Position numbers and translations under genes: made by a program
Notes under the pieces: generated by a model
The model's input: only the letters and a program-made list of their open reading frames with translations
What the model was told of the DNA's origin: nothing
Databases searched by the model: none
Part shown: piece by piece, positions 48,540 to 57,875 of the stretch
Layout: the number at the start of each line of letters is the position of its first letter
How positions within the stretch are numbered: position 1 is the stretch's first letter
NCBI RefSeq assembly: GCF_965233845.1
Contig: NZ_OZ247584.1
Span: forward strand, 1,755,914-1,819,913
Direction of reading: 5' to 3'
Length of the DNA: 64,000 nucleotides
Source of the DNA: Flagellimonas sp.
GTDB taxonomy: Bacteria > Bacteroidota > Bacteroidia > Flavobacteriales > Flavobacteriaceae

Positions 48540-48674
48540 TTATTGCTTGCCTATCTTTTTCTTATCTACATTAACCGTCTGGTCTTGATCAACGTCAATA
48601 ACGTTGGTAGAAACAGCAGTCATAGCAAGAAAAGCAACAGCCAGCAATCCAAAAAATAATCTTTTAGTGTTCAT
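48540..48674 (-). CDS. Unannotated 44-aa secreted or membrane-anchored peptide
   Basis: Read by hand, since it is below the ORF-track cutoff: MNTKRLFFGLLAVAFLAMTAVSTNVIDVDQDQTVNVDKKKIGKQ. It has a signal-peptide-like N-terminus, a TACATTTG -7 box at 48717-48724 and a strong terminator downstream. Confidence 0.45.
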   Translation of the reverse strand: MNTKRLFFGLLAVAFLAMTAVSTNVIDVDQDQTVNVDKKKIGKQ

Positions 48675-48848
48675 CGTAAAAGAGTTTTTGGTTAATAAAT
48701 GAATTCATTTCAATAACAAATGTAGGAAAAATTACTTACCTACAATGCATTTCATCGATAAAAATTGCATTTAATCCAAAAAAGGGAACTTTTTACCGAA
48801 TTCGATACCGTTAATCGAAATGTTCAAATAAGGTAGATGAATTAATTT

Positions 48849-49265
48849 TTACTCTGGACTAAACTCGATTGAACGGGTGTTTTCATCGATAAAGTGTAAG
48901 TAAATGGATACAGTTTGGGTAGGCAACAAAGAGCTTACCTTCTCTGGCCATTCCATAAAGAGCCAAGTTTCTGGGGACAGGTAGTCTTCCAGCCCCAGGT
49001 CCAAAGCCTCGGCTTCATTTTCAATTCGATAAAAATCAAAATGGTATCCCAATAGTTGATCCTGCTGATCATGATATTCGTTTACAAAACCAAAAGTTGG
49101 GCTATTGGCCTCATCAACCCCACCCAAATTTTTGACCAAGGCTCTGATCAATGTCGTTTTACCCGCTCCCATTTCACCATAAAAAAGAAGTGTCTTATGT
49201 GGAACCGTGTCCAAAATGGTTTGGGCCACTTCATCAATTTCCGATAATTGAAAGGTACGTTTCAA
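48849..49265 (-). CDS. tsaE: tRNA t6A37 biosynthesis ATPase TsaE
   Basis: P-loop GEMGAGKTTLIRAL, SPTF motif and 138 aa. Confidence 0.85.
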   Translation of the reverse strand: MKRTFQLSEIDEVAQTILDTVPHKTLLFYGEMGAGKTTLIRALVKNLGGVDEANSPTFGFVNEYHDQQDQLLGYHFDFYRIENEAEALDLGLEDYLSPETWLFMEWPEKVSSLLPTQTVSIYLHFIDENTRSIEFSPE

Positions 49266-49271
49266 ACTGCG

Positions 49272-50816
49272 TTATTTTGGATCCAAAACTACAAAAGGAA
49301 CGATCATTTCCTCCAATGAAACTCCGCCATGTTGATAGGTGTTTCGATAATAGCTTACATAATGGTTGTAGTTATTGGGATATGCAAAGAACATATCGTT
49401 TTTGGCAAAAATGAAACAGCTGCTCAAGTTTATATTGGGAAGATGAATGTCTTGTGGATTTCTTGAAGCCAATACTTCCTTATTATTATAGGTAAGACTT
49501 CTACCTGTTTTATACCTCAGGTTTAGGCTGGTGGCTTTGTCCCCAATAACTTTGGAAGGTTGTTTTACATTAATGGTTCCGTGATCGGTGGTCAGGATTA
49601 ACTTCATGCCAAGAGATTGGGCTTGTTGCACAATTTCCAACAAGGGCGAGTTTTTGAACCAACTCAAGGTCAATGAGCGGTAGGCCTTGTCGTTGGCAGC
49701 TAGCTCCTTAATCACCTCCATTTCTGTTTTGGAATGGGAGAGCATGTCCACAAAATTGTAAACCACTACAGTAAGGTCATTATCCTTTTGGGATTTAAAA
49801 TTCTGTGCCAACTGCTTCCCTTGTCTCAGGTTGCTGATTTTATGGTACTCCCATTTAATATCCATGCCGAGCCTTTTAAGTTGGGCGCCCAAAAATTCGG
49901 CTTCAAACAAATTTTTGCCTCCTTCATCCGTATCGTTTTTCCACCAATCTGGATGTCGCTTTTCCATATCTAAGGGCATCAAGCCCGAAAAGATGGCGTT
50001 TCTGGCATATTGTGTGGCAGTGGGCAGGATACTGTAATAGGAACTCTCCTGCTTTTTCTTATAGTGAACAGCCAAGGTTTCCTCAAAGGCCAACCACTGG
50101 TCGTATCTGAGGTTGTCAATAACAACCAATAAGGTTTTCTGATTTTCAATCTCAGGTTGAATTTTTTTTCGGAACAGGGTGTGCGACATGGTTGGGCCAT
50201 CTCCATCCTTAAACCAATCCTGGTAGTTTTTATCCACAAACTTACTGAACTGGGCATTGGCCTCCACCTTCTGCGATTCCAAAATTTCAAACATTCCAGA
50301 GTCTTCAATTTCCTCTAACTGAAGCTCCCAGTAGATAAGCTTTTTGTAGAGCTCTACCCATTCGTCATAGCTGTTCACCATGGACAAGTCCATGGCAATT
50401 TTCCGAAATTCTTGTTGGTAATTTGCTGTGGTCTTTTCAGAAACCAATCGGGAGTTGTCCAAGCTCTTTTTAAGAGAAAGTAAAATTTGATTGGGATTAA
50501 CAGGCTTGATTAAATAATCCGCAATTTTGGACCCAATAGCCTCGTCCATAATATATTCCTCCTCACTCTTGGTAATCATGACCACAGGGATGGAGGCGTC
50601 ATACTTTTTTATTTCGTTCAGGGTTTCCAAACCAGAGATGCCCGGCATGTTCTCGTCCAGAAAAACAATGTCAAAAAAGGTATTTCGTATCTCTTCCAGC
50701 GCGTCTTGTCCGCTTTGGCTGGTCACTACTTTATAACCTTTGTTTTCAAGAAAAAGGATATGGGGCTTTAATAGGTCAATTTCATCATCGACCCACAGAA
50801 TTGTGATCTTGTTCAT
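49272..50816 (-). CDS. porX: PorX-type response regulator (CheY receiver fused to a PglZ/alkaline-phosphatase-superfamily domain)
   Basis: Receiver ILWVDDEIDLLKPHILFLENKGY...FLDENMPGISG...MITKSEE. The C-terminal ~380 aa carry PglZ-like motifs (VIDNLRYDQW, TDHGT). Confidence 0.75.
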   Translation of the reverse strand: MNKITILWVDDEIDLLKPHILFLENKGYKVVTSQSGQDALEEIRNTFFDIVFLDENMPGISGLETLNEIKKYDASIPVVMITKSEEEYIMDEAIGSKIADYLIKPVNPNQILLSLKKSLDNSRLVSEKTTANYQQEFRKIAMDLSMVNSYDEWVELYKKLIYWELQLEEIEDSGMFEILESQKVEANAQFSKFVDKNYQDWFKDGDGPTMSHTLFRKKIQPEIENQKTLLVVIDNLRYDQWLAFEETLAVHYKKKQESSYYSILPTATQYARNAIFSGLMPLDMEKRHPDWWKNDTDEGGKNLFEAEFLGAQLKRLGMDIKWEYHKISNLRQGKQLAQNFKSQKDNDLTVVVYNFVDMLSHSKTEMEVIKELAANDKAYRSLTLSWFKNSPLLEIVQQAQSLGMKLILTTDHGTINVKQPSKVIGDKATSLNLRYKTGRSLTYNNKEVLASRNPQDIHLPNINLSSCFIFAKNDMFFAYPNNYNHYVSYYRNTYQHGGVSLEEMIVPFVVLDPK

Positions 50817-50819
50817 ATA

Positions 50820-52079
50820 GTGGTTATCTTTGCGGAATTAAACACAAAGCCCTTGGCACAGACCAATAAGCTCAAAGTATTTAACGATCCAATTTACGGT
50901 TTTATTGGAACTCCCAATGAACTAATTTTTAAGCTGATCGCCCACCCATATTTTCAACGATTGCGTAGAATTTCCCAAATGGGAATGTCCTATCTGGTTT
51001 ATCCTGGTGCGCACCATACCCGATTTCACCACGCTTTGGGGAGTATGCATTTGATGACCAAGGCCATCCAGACCTTGCGTTGGAAAAATATTGAAATCAG
51101 TGAGGAAGAGGAAACCGGTTTGCTCTGCGCTATTTTGCTGCATGATATAGGACATGGCCCTTTTTCGCATGCTTTGGAAGGTTTTGTGGTTCCCGGCTTC
51201 CATCATGAACAACTGTCCTTGGAATTCATGACTGCTCTGAACAAGGAATTTGAGGGGCAATTGGATATGGGCATCTCTATATTTAGAGGAGAATATTCCA
51301 GGCCATTTTTGAATCAGTTGGTGTCCAGTCAATTGGATATGGATCGTTTGGATTATTTGAAACGTGACAGTTTCTATTCCGGGGTTACCGAAGGTAACAT
51401 CAATTCCGAGCGGTTAATCTCCATGTTGAATGTGGTGGATGGGCATTTAGTGGTTGAAGAAAAGGGAATCTACGCGGTGGAGAAGTTCCTTATGGCCCGA
51501 AGATTCATGTATTGGCAGGTGTACCTGCATAAAACAGGACTTTGTGCGGAACAGATGCTGATTCGGATCATGCAACGGGCCAGGAAGTTGGTCAACGAAG
51601 GCAATGCCTTGGAGGGAAGCAAAGCTTTTCTATTTTTCTTAAAAGGCATATCGGGAAAGTCAATTCCAGCTTCCACCTTAGACCTGTTTGCCCAGCTGGA
51701 TGATGTAGATGTGCTATCGGCCATAAAATCGTGGCAACAGCATTCCGATGTTGTGCTGTCCAAACTTTGCCAAATGGTATTGAATAGAAACCTGTTGCAT
51801 GTGAAAATCAAGAACCGACCCATTGCTTTGGAGAAGATGGAAGATAAATTGGAACAGATACAAACTGAGTTGGGTTTATCAACATCCGATGCTTCCTGTT
51901 TTGTGTTCACAGGTGAGATATCAAACAAAGCATATAGTGGGAATCACCAAGCCATTAGTATCTTAAAGAAGAACGGTAAGGTTACCGATGTATTAAAGGA
52001 ATCTGACCAACTTAGCTTAAAGGCCCTGTCCAAGACAGTGACCAAATATTACTGCTGCTATCCCAAACAAGCCGTTTAA
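50820..52079 (+). CDS. HD-domain phosphohydrolase (SAMHD1/dNTPase-like)
   Basis: FQRLRRISQMG, HTRFHHALGSMHL and LLHDIGHGPFSH motifs. The start is uncertain (GTG at 50820, with no upstream in-frame ATG). Confidence 0.8.
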   Translation: MVIFAELNTKPLAQTNKLKVFNDPIYGFIGTPNELIFKLIAHPYFQRLRRISQMGMSYLVYPGAHHTRFHHALGSMHLMTKAIQTLRWKNIEISEEEETGLLCAILLHDIGHGPFSHALEGFVVPGFHHEQLSLEFMTALNKEFEGQLDMGISIFRGEYSRPFLNQLVSSQLDMDRLDYLKRDSFYSGVTEGNINSERLISMLNVVDGHLVVEEKGIYAVEKFLMARRFMYWQVYLHKTGLCAEQMLIRIMQRARKLVNEGNALEGSKAFLFFLKGISGKSIPASTLDLFAQLDDVDVLSAIKSWQQHSDVVLSKLCQMVLNRNLLHVKIKNRPIALEKMEDKLEQIQTELGLSTSDASCFVFTGEISNKAYSGNHQAISILKKNGKVTDVLKESDQLSLKALSKTVTKYYCCYPKQAV

Positions 52080-52102
52080 CAAATTTTGTTACTTTTGCAG
52101 AA

Positions 52103-53134
52103 ATGAAATTTACAGCCACCCAAATTGCCGGAATTTTAGAGGGAGAAGTTGAGGGCAATCCTCAAATTGCTGTCCACAAATTATCCAAAATAGAAGAGGG
52201 GGAAAAGGGTTCTTTGACCTTCTTGGCCAATCCAAAGTACACCTCTTATATATACTCTACCAAAGCTTCCATAACTATTGTAAACAAGGATTTTATTCCT
52301 GAACAGGATTTGTCCACCACCTTGATCAAGGTGGATGATGCCTATAAATCTTTTTCGAAGCTGTTGGAATACTATAATCAGGTAAAGAACAATAAGGTAG
52401 GGATTGAAAATCCCTGTTTTATTTCAGAATCAGCTTCGTATGGGGAAGGTTTTTACTTAGGGGCCTTTTCCTATTTGGGCAACAACGTGAACATTGGAGA
52501 TGATGTAAAAATATATCCCAATGTATACATTGGCGACAATGTTACCATGGGAGACAACGTATTTGTTTTTGCTGGGGCCAAGATATATTCAGAGTCCATT
52601 ATCGGAAACAATTGTGTAATTCACAGTGGAGCCATTATAGGTGCCGATGGGTTTGGGTTTACACCTAACTCCAATGGCGAATATAGCAAGGTTCCCCAGA
52701 CCGGAAACGTTGTTTTGGAAGACAACGTGGATGTGGGTGCTGGAACCACGATAGATCGAGCCACTTTGGGTTCAACCATACTTCGGAAAGGAGTAAAACT
52801 GGATAATCAAATACAAATAGCGCACAATGTTGAAATTGGTGAGAATACTGCAATTGCTGCCCAAACGGGCGTTGCCGGTTCCACCAAAATTGGAAAGAAC
52901 TGCCTCATTGGAGGGCAGGTGGGAATTGTGGGCCATATCACCATAGGTGATCGTGTAAAAATTCAAGCACAGTCCGGGATTGGGCGCAACGTAAAGGATG
53001 ACGAGGTTCTACAAGGATCCCCTGCCTTGAATTATGGCGATTACAATAAATCTTATGTACACTTTAAGAATTTACCAAAACTGGTAAATCAAATCTCCAA
53101 CTTAGAAAAAAGAATTGACAGTGAGCAAGACTAG
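52103..53134 (+). CDS. lpxD: UDP-3-O-acylglucosamine N-acyltransferase
   Basis: LpxD-type N-terminal domain, long left-handed beta-helix hexapeptide repeats and a C-terminal helix. First gene of the lpx cluster. Confidence 0.9.
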   Translation: MKFTATQIAGILEGEVEGNPQIAVHKLSKIEEGEKGSLTFLANPKYTSYIYSTKASITIVNKDFIPEQDLSTTLIKVDDAYKSFSKLLEYYNQVKNNKVGIENPCFISESASYGEGFYLGAFSYLGNNVNIGDDVKIYPNVYIGDNVTMGDNVFVFAGAKIYSESIIGNNCVIHSGAIIGADGFGFTPNSNGEYSKVPQTGNVVLEDNVDVGAGTTIDRATLGSTILRKGVKLDNQIQIAHNVEIGENTAIAAQTGVAGSTKIGKNCLIGGQVGIVGHITIGDRVKIQAQSGIGRNVKDDEVLQGSPALNYGDYNKSYVHFKNLPKLVNQISNLEKRIDSEQD

Positions 53135-54527
53135 CGTAAAGCAGCGCACTATAAAAGACAAGGTTACCCTAAAAGGTGTAGGCTTGCATACCGGGGAGGA
53201 TGTCACGATGACCTTCGTTCCCGCCAAGGAAAACCATGGATTTGCCTTTAAGCGTGTTGACCTGGAGGGCGAGCCTATCATTGAGGCCGATGCCAACTAT
53301 GTGGTAAACACCCAAAGAGGTACCAACTTGGAAAAAAACGGAGTCAAAATCCAAACCTCTGAACATGTGCTTGCCGCCTTGGTTGGTTTGGACATTGACA
53401 ATGTCCTCATAGAACTGGATGCACCGGAACCCCCAATCATGGATGGTTCTTCCAAGTTCTTTGTTGAAGCTTTGGAAGAAGCTGGGATTGTTGAGCAGGA
53501 GCAAAATCGTGAGGAGTACATTGTAAAAGATGTCATCTCCTATAAAGACGAGGCCACTGGAAGCGAGATTACAGTGATTCCGGCTGAGGAATATAAAATT
53601 ACGACCATGGTGGACTTTGGCACCAAAGTATTGGGAACCCAAAATGCCACCTTGCAGCACATTTGCGATTTTAAGGAAGAAATTGCAGATGCCCGTACCT
53701 TTAGTTTTCTTCATGAACTGGAAATGCTCTTGGAGCATGGTTTGATCAAAGGCGGAGATTTGAACAACGCCATTGTCTATGTGGATAAAGAGATTTCTGA
53801 ATCCACCATGAAAAAACTGGAAAAGGCCTTCAAAAAGGAAAAGCTATCGGTTAAACCCAACGGAATACTGGATAATTTAACCCTACACCATCCAAACGAA
53901 GCGGCAAGGCATAAACTGTTGGACGTTGTTGGGGATTTGGCTTTGGCCGGAACCCGAATTAGGGGGAAGGTCATTGCAAACAAACCAGGTCATTTTGTAA
54001 ATACCCAGTTTGCCAAAAAACTTCAGAAAATAATTAAACAGGAACGCCGTAACTATGTTCCGGATGTCGATTTGAATGCTCCACCTGTCAAGGATGTGAA
54101 CCAGATAATGGATATGCTTCCACACAGGCCTCCTTTTTTACTGGTCGACAAGATTTTGGAATTATCTGAGGAACATGTGATTGGGCTAAAGAACGTTACC
54201 ATGAACGAGCCCTTTTTTGTGGGGCACTTTCCAGGAGCACCTGTAATGCCAGGAGTTTTACAGATTGAGGCCATGGCCCAAACAGGGGGTATTTTGGTGT
54301 TGAGTACCGTACCTGATCCAGAAAATTATCTTACTTATCTCTTGAAAATCGATAACGTTCGATACAAACATCAAGTAGTGCCAGGGGATACCCTTATTTT
54401 TAAGTTGGACCTTTTGTCTCCAATCCGAAGAGGTATCTGTCAGATGGTAGGTAGGGCTTACGCCAACGGAAGATTGGTTTCCGAAGCTGAAATCATGGCT
54501 CAAATCACTAAAGTAAAGGGAGAATAA
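53115..54527 (+). CDS. lpxC: Bifunctional UDP-3-O-acyl-GlcNAc deacetylase / 3-hydroxyacyl-ACP dehydratase
   Basis: LpxC motif LKGVGLHTG at the N-terminus and FabZ motif GHFPGAPVMPGVLQIEAMAQ at the C-terminus. Non-ATG start (TTG at 53115 or GTG at 53121) overlapping the end of lpxD. Confidence 0.9.
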   Translation: MTVSKTSVKQRTIKDKVTLKGVGLHTGEDVTMTFVPAKENHGFAFKRVDLEGEPIIEADANYVVNTQRGTNLEKNGVKIQTSEHVLAALVGLDIDNVLIELDAPEPPIMDGSSKFFVEALEEAGIVEQEQNREEYIVKDVISYKDEATGSEITVIPAEEYKITTMVDFGTKVLGTQNATLQHICDFKEEIADARTFSFLHELEMLLEHGLIKGGDLNNAIVYVDKEISESTMKKLEKAFKKEKLSVKPNGILDNLTLHHPNEAARHKLLDVVGDLALAGTRIRGKVIANKPGHFVNTQFAKKLQKIIKQERRNYVPDVDLNAPPVKDVNQIMDMLPHRPPFLLVDKILELSEEHVIGLKNVTMNEPFFVGHFPGAPVMPGVLQIEAMAQTGGILVLSTVPDPENYLTYLLKIDNVRYKHQVVPGDTLIFKLDLLSPIRRGICQMVGRAYANGRLVSEAEIMAQITKVKGE

Positions 54528-54528
54528 T

Positions 54529-55314
54529 ATGAATCAACCGCTGGCTTACGTCCACCCAGGGGCAAAAATTGCCAAGAATGTGGTAATTGAACCCTTCACC
54601 ACCATTCATAACAACGTTACTATTGGCGAAGGAACGTGGATCGGTTCCAACGTGACCATCATGGAGGGTGCCCGAATTGGAAAGAACTGCAATATATTTC
54701 CCGGCGCTGTTATCTCAGCTACCCCCCAGGATTTAAAATATCAAGGCGAGGAAACGACTGTCCATATTGGCGATAACACAACCATTAGGGAATGCGCTAC
54801 CATTAATAAAGGTACTGCGGACCGAATGAAAACGGTCATTGGTAACAATTGCCTGATCATGGCATATTGTCATATCGCCCATGATTGCTTTATTGGCGAC
54901 AACTGCATTTTTAGCAACAATTCCACTTTGGCGGGTCATGTGACCATAGGCACCAATGTGGTTTTGGCGGGAATGGTGGCCGTACATCAATTTGTTTCCA
55001 TAGGAAATCACGCCTTTGTAACTGGAGGTTCCTTGGTTAGAAAAGACGTTCCACCCTACGTGAAAGCGGCAAGAGAGCCCCTGTCTTATGTAGGAATAAA
55101 TTCAATTGGGCTGCGTAGACGTGGATTTACATCGGATAAGATCCGGGAAATCCAGAATGTATATAGGATTCTATATCAAAAAAATTACAACAACACCCAA
55201 GCCGCTTCAATTATAGAAGCTGAGATGGAAGCTACCCCAGAGCGGGACGAAATACTTCAATTTATAAGAGATTCCCAGCGAGGAATTATGAAAGGATACT
55301 TTAGTTCAAATTAA
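54529..55314 (+). CDS. lpxA: Acyl-ACP--UDP-GlcNAc O-acyltransferase
   Basis: Hexapeptide beta-helix followed by an LpxA-type helical C-terminal domain (GINSIGLRRRGF). Confidence 0.9.
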   Translation: MNQPLAYVHPGAKIAKNVVIEPFTTIHNNVTIGEGTWIGSNVTIMEGARIGKNCNIFPGAVISATPQDLKYQGEETTVHIGDNTTIRECATINKGTADRMKTVIGNNCLIMAYCHIAHDCFIGDNCIFSNNSTLAGHVTIGTNVVLAGMVAVHQFVSIGNHAFVTGGSLVRKDVPPYVKAAREPLSYVGINSIGLRRRGFTSDKIREIQNVYRILYQKNYNNTQAASIIEAEMEATPERDEILQFIRDSQRGIMKGYFSSN

Positions 55315-55318
55315 GATT

Positions 55319-55885
55319 ATGGCAAATACATCCGATATACGAAAAGGACTGTGCATCAAATACAATCATGATATCTATAAGATTGTGGAGTTTCTTCATG
55401 TAAAACCTGGAAAGGGGCCCGCTTTTGTGAGAACAAAACTCAAAAGTGTAACCACAGGTAAGGTGATTGACAACACTTTTTCTGCAGGGCATAAGATTGA
55501 TGATGTACGAGTGGAAACCCGTTCGTACCAATACCTTTATGCGGAAGGAGATACTTTTCATTTTATGAATACGGATGATTACAACCAGATTTCATTGGAG
55601 AAAAGTTCCCTGGATGCGCCAGATTTGTTGAAAGAAGGTGAAGTGGTGACCATTTTGTTCAACACGGAGGACAGTATGCCACTTTCAGTGGAAATGCCCG
55701 CCAGTGTTATTTTGGAAGTGACCCATACGGAACCAGGAGTAAAAGGTAATACCGCCACAAACGCCACCAAACCGGCCACTGTTGAAACCGGAGCACGTAT
55801 CAATGTTCCCCTGTTCATCAACGAAGGGGATAAAATAAAGGTGGATACAGAGAAAGGCAACTACCAAGAGCGGGTAAAAGAGTAA
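55319..55885 (+). CDS. efp: Elongation factor P
   Basis: VKPGKGPAFVRTKLK loop motif. 188 aa. Confidence 0.95.
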   Translation: MANTSDIRKGLCIKYNHDIYKIVEFLHVKPGKGPAFVRTKLKSVTTGKVIDNTFSAGHKIDDVRVETRSYQYLYAEGDTFHFMNTDDYNQISLEKSSLDAPDLLKEGEVVTILFNTEDSMPLSVEMPASVILEVTHTEPGVKGNTATNATKPATVETGARINVPLFINEGDKIKVDTEKGNYQERVKE

Positions 55886-55891
55886 TACGGA

Positions 55892-56830
55892 ATGAAATTT
55901 CCTAGAACCTATAGCCTAAAGGAAATATCAGAATTAATTGATGCCAAATTTATGGGAAGTGAAGACTTTCCAGTTTTGGGCATGAATGAAATTCACGTAG
56001 TGGAGGAAGGTGACATTGTGTTTGTGGATCATCCCAAATATTATGACAAGGCACTGGCCTGCAAGGCGTCAGTGGTCTTGATCAATAAGGAGGTGGAATG
56101 CCCGGAAGGCAAAGCCCTTTTAATTTCGGATAACCCGTTCAGCGATTTTAATAAGCTTACCCAGCACTTTTCACCTTTTAAGAGCGCACGTTCTGCCATA
56201 GCTGATTCTGCCGAAATAGGAGAAGGCACCGTAATCCAACCCAACGTATTTATAGGGAACCATGTAAAAATTGGTAAAAATTGTTTGATACATGCCAATG
56301 TTTCCATCTATGATAATTGCCTTATTGGTGATAATGTAATCATCCACAGTGGTTCGGTTTTGGGTTCAGATGCTTTCTACTATAAGAAAAGGGAAGAAGG
56401 ATTTGAGCGATTGTTATCTAGTGGCAGGGTAGTGGTGGAAGATAATGTGGATATTGGTGCTTCTTGTACTATTGACAGGGGAGTGACCGGGGATACCACC
56501 ATTAAGGAATGGGCCAAGTTGGACAATCAAATTCAAATAGGGCATGATACCGTAATAGGTAGAAAGTGTCAAATTGCTTCGCATACGGGAATAGCCGGTT
56601 GTGTGGTGATAGAGGATGAAGTTGTTCTTTGGGGACAGGTAGGTGTTATCAGTGCCATTACCATTGGAAAAGGGGCCGTGGTCTATGCGCAATCCGGAGT
56701 GGCCAAAAGTTTGGAAGGTGGAAAGGCATATTTTGGCAGCCCTGCCGAAGAAGCCCGTACAAAAATGAGGGAAATCAACACCTTAAAAAACCTTCCATCA
56801 CTGCTAAAAAAGATAACGGGAAATAGCTGA
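55892..56830 (+). CDS. Second LpxD-like UDP-3-O-acylglucosamine N-acyltransferase paralogue
   Basis: Same architecture as lpxD (N-terminal domain, hexapeptide repeats, KLDNQIQIGHD shared with KLDNQIQIAHN of LpxD), but 31 aa shorter. Confidence 0.8.
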   Translation: MKFPRTYSLKEISELIDAKFMGSEDFPVLGMNEIHVVEEGDIVFVDHPKYYDKALACKASVVLINKEVECPEGKALLISDNPFSDFNKLTQHFSPFKSARSAIADSAEIGEGTVIQPNVFIGNHVKIGKNCLIHANVSIYDNCLIGDNVIIHSGSVLGSDAFYYKKREEGFERLLSSGRVVVEDNVDIGASCTIDRGVTGDTTIKEWAKLDNQIQIGHDTVIGRKCQIASHTGIAGCVVIEDEVVLWGQVGVISAITIGKGAVVYAQSGVAKSLEGGKAYFGSPAEEARTKMREINTLKNLPSLLKKITGNS

Positions 56831-56891
56831 TAAAATACTTTAACTTTTAGCGTCAATGATATACTTTTGTCGAGGCTAACAAATACGAAAT

Positions 56892-57764
56892 ATGAGTGTC
56901 CTAGTAAATAAAGATTCAAAAATTATAGTCCAAGGCTTCACGGGAAGTGAAGGAACTTTCCATGCAGGTCAGATGATTGAGTATGGAACCAATGTAGTGG
57001 GAGGGGTTACCCCAGGAAAAGGTGGTCAGGAACATTTGGGCAAGCCTGTTTTTAATACCGTGGAAGATGCGGTGACCAAAGTGGGCGCGGACACAAGCAT
57101 CATATTTGTACCGCCAGCCTTTGCTGCCGATGCAATTATGGAAGCGGCTAGTGCTGGAATAAAGGTGATTATTACCATCACGGAAGGAATTCCGGTTGCG
57201 GATATGGTAAAAGCCAATGATTATATCAAAGATTTGGATTGCACTTTAGTGGGGCCCAATTGCCCGGGAGTTATTACCCCTGATGAAGCCAAAGTTGGTA
57301 TCATGCCTGGATTTGTGTTCAAAAAAGGAAACGTTGGAATTGTTTCCAAATCCGGTACGTTGACCTATGAGGCTGCTGATCAGGTGGTGCGTCAGGGATT
57401 GGGTATTACGACGGCCATTGGTATTGGTGGTGACCCCATTATTGGGACAACAACCAAGGAAGCTGTTGAGCTTTTGATCAATGATCCTGAAACAGAATGT
57501 GTAGTGATGATTGGGGAGATTGGTGGTCAGCTGGAAGCTGATGCTGCCCAGTGGTATAAGGAAAGCGGAAGCTCAAAGCCCATAGTTGGTTTCATCGCAG
57601 GTGAAACTGCTCCTGCCGGTAGAACCATGGGGCATGCTGGAGCCATAGTTGGTGGTAGTGATGATACTGCGCAAGCCAAGAAAAGAATAATGCGGGAATG
57701 TGGTATTCACGTTGTGGATTCTCCTGCAGAAATTGGCGTAAAGGTCAAGGAAGTAGTTGGATAA
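56892..57764 (+). CDS. sucD: Succinate--CoA ligase subunit alpha
   Basis: VQGFTGSEGTFH and the phosphohistidine loop MGHAGAIV. Confidence 0.95.
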   Translation: MSVLVNKDSKIIVQGFTGSEGTFHAGQMIEYGTNVVGGVTPGKGGQEHLGKPVFNTVEDAVTKVGADTSIIFVPPAFAADAIMEAASAGIKVIITITEGIPVADMVKANDYIKDLDCTLVGPNCPGVITPDEAKVGIMPGFVFKKGNVGIVSKSGTLTYEAADQVVRQGLGITTAIGIGGDPIIGTTTKEAVELLINDPETECVVMIGEIGGQLEADAAQWYKESGSSKPIVGFIAGETAPAGRTMGHAGAIVGGSDDTAQAKKRIMRECGIHVVDSPAEIGVKVKEVVG

Positions 57765-57785
57765 TCCAACCGTTAAAACTATTGT

Positions 57786-57813
57786 AAATCCCGTTTCTAG
57801 CGGGATTTTTTTT
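57786..57813 (+). terminator. Rho-independent terminator after sucD
   Basis: AAATCCCG-tttctag-CGGGATTT followed by a T-run. Confidence 0.8.
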
Positions 57814-57875
57814 CGCTAAAACCTAAAACAAAAACTATATTTGAATATCAACCATTCAAACTAACTTGGAATATT

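Noticed and set aside
49272-50816. I asked whether the PglZ domain marks a BREX-type phage defence system.
   Set aside because: The PglZ domain is fused to a CheY receiver, which is the PorX architecture. No other BREX components (methyltransferase, BrxC-type ATPase, BrxA/B, Lon-like protease) are in the window.
50820-52079. I asked whether the HD-domain dNTPase-like protein is an anti-phage nucleotide-depletion gene.
   Set aside because: It sits directly upstream of the core lpxD-lpxC/fabZ-lpxA-efp cluster, with no mobile or defence neighbours. From recollection this synteny is common in Bacteroidota, so a housekeeping role is more likely.
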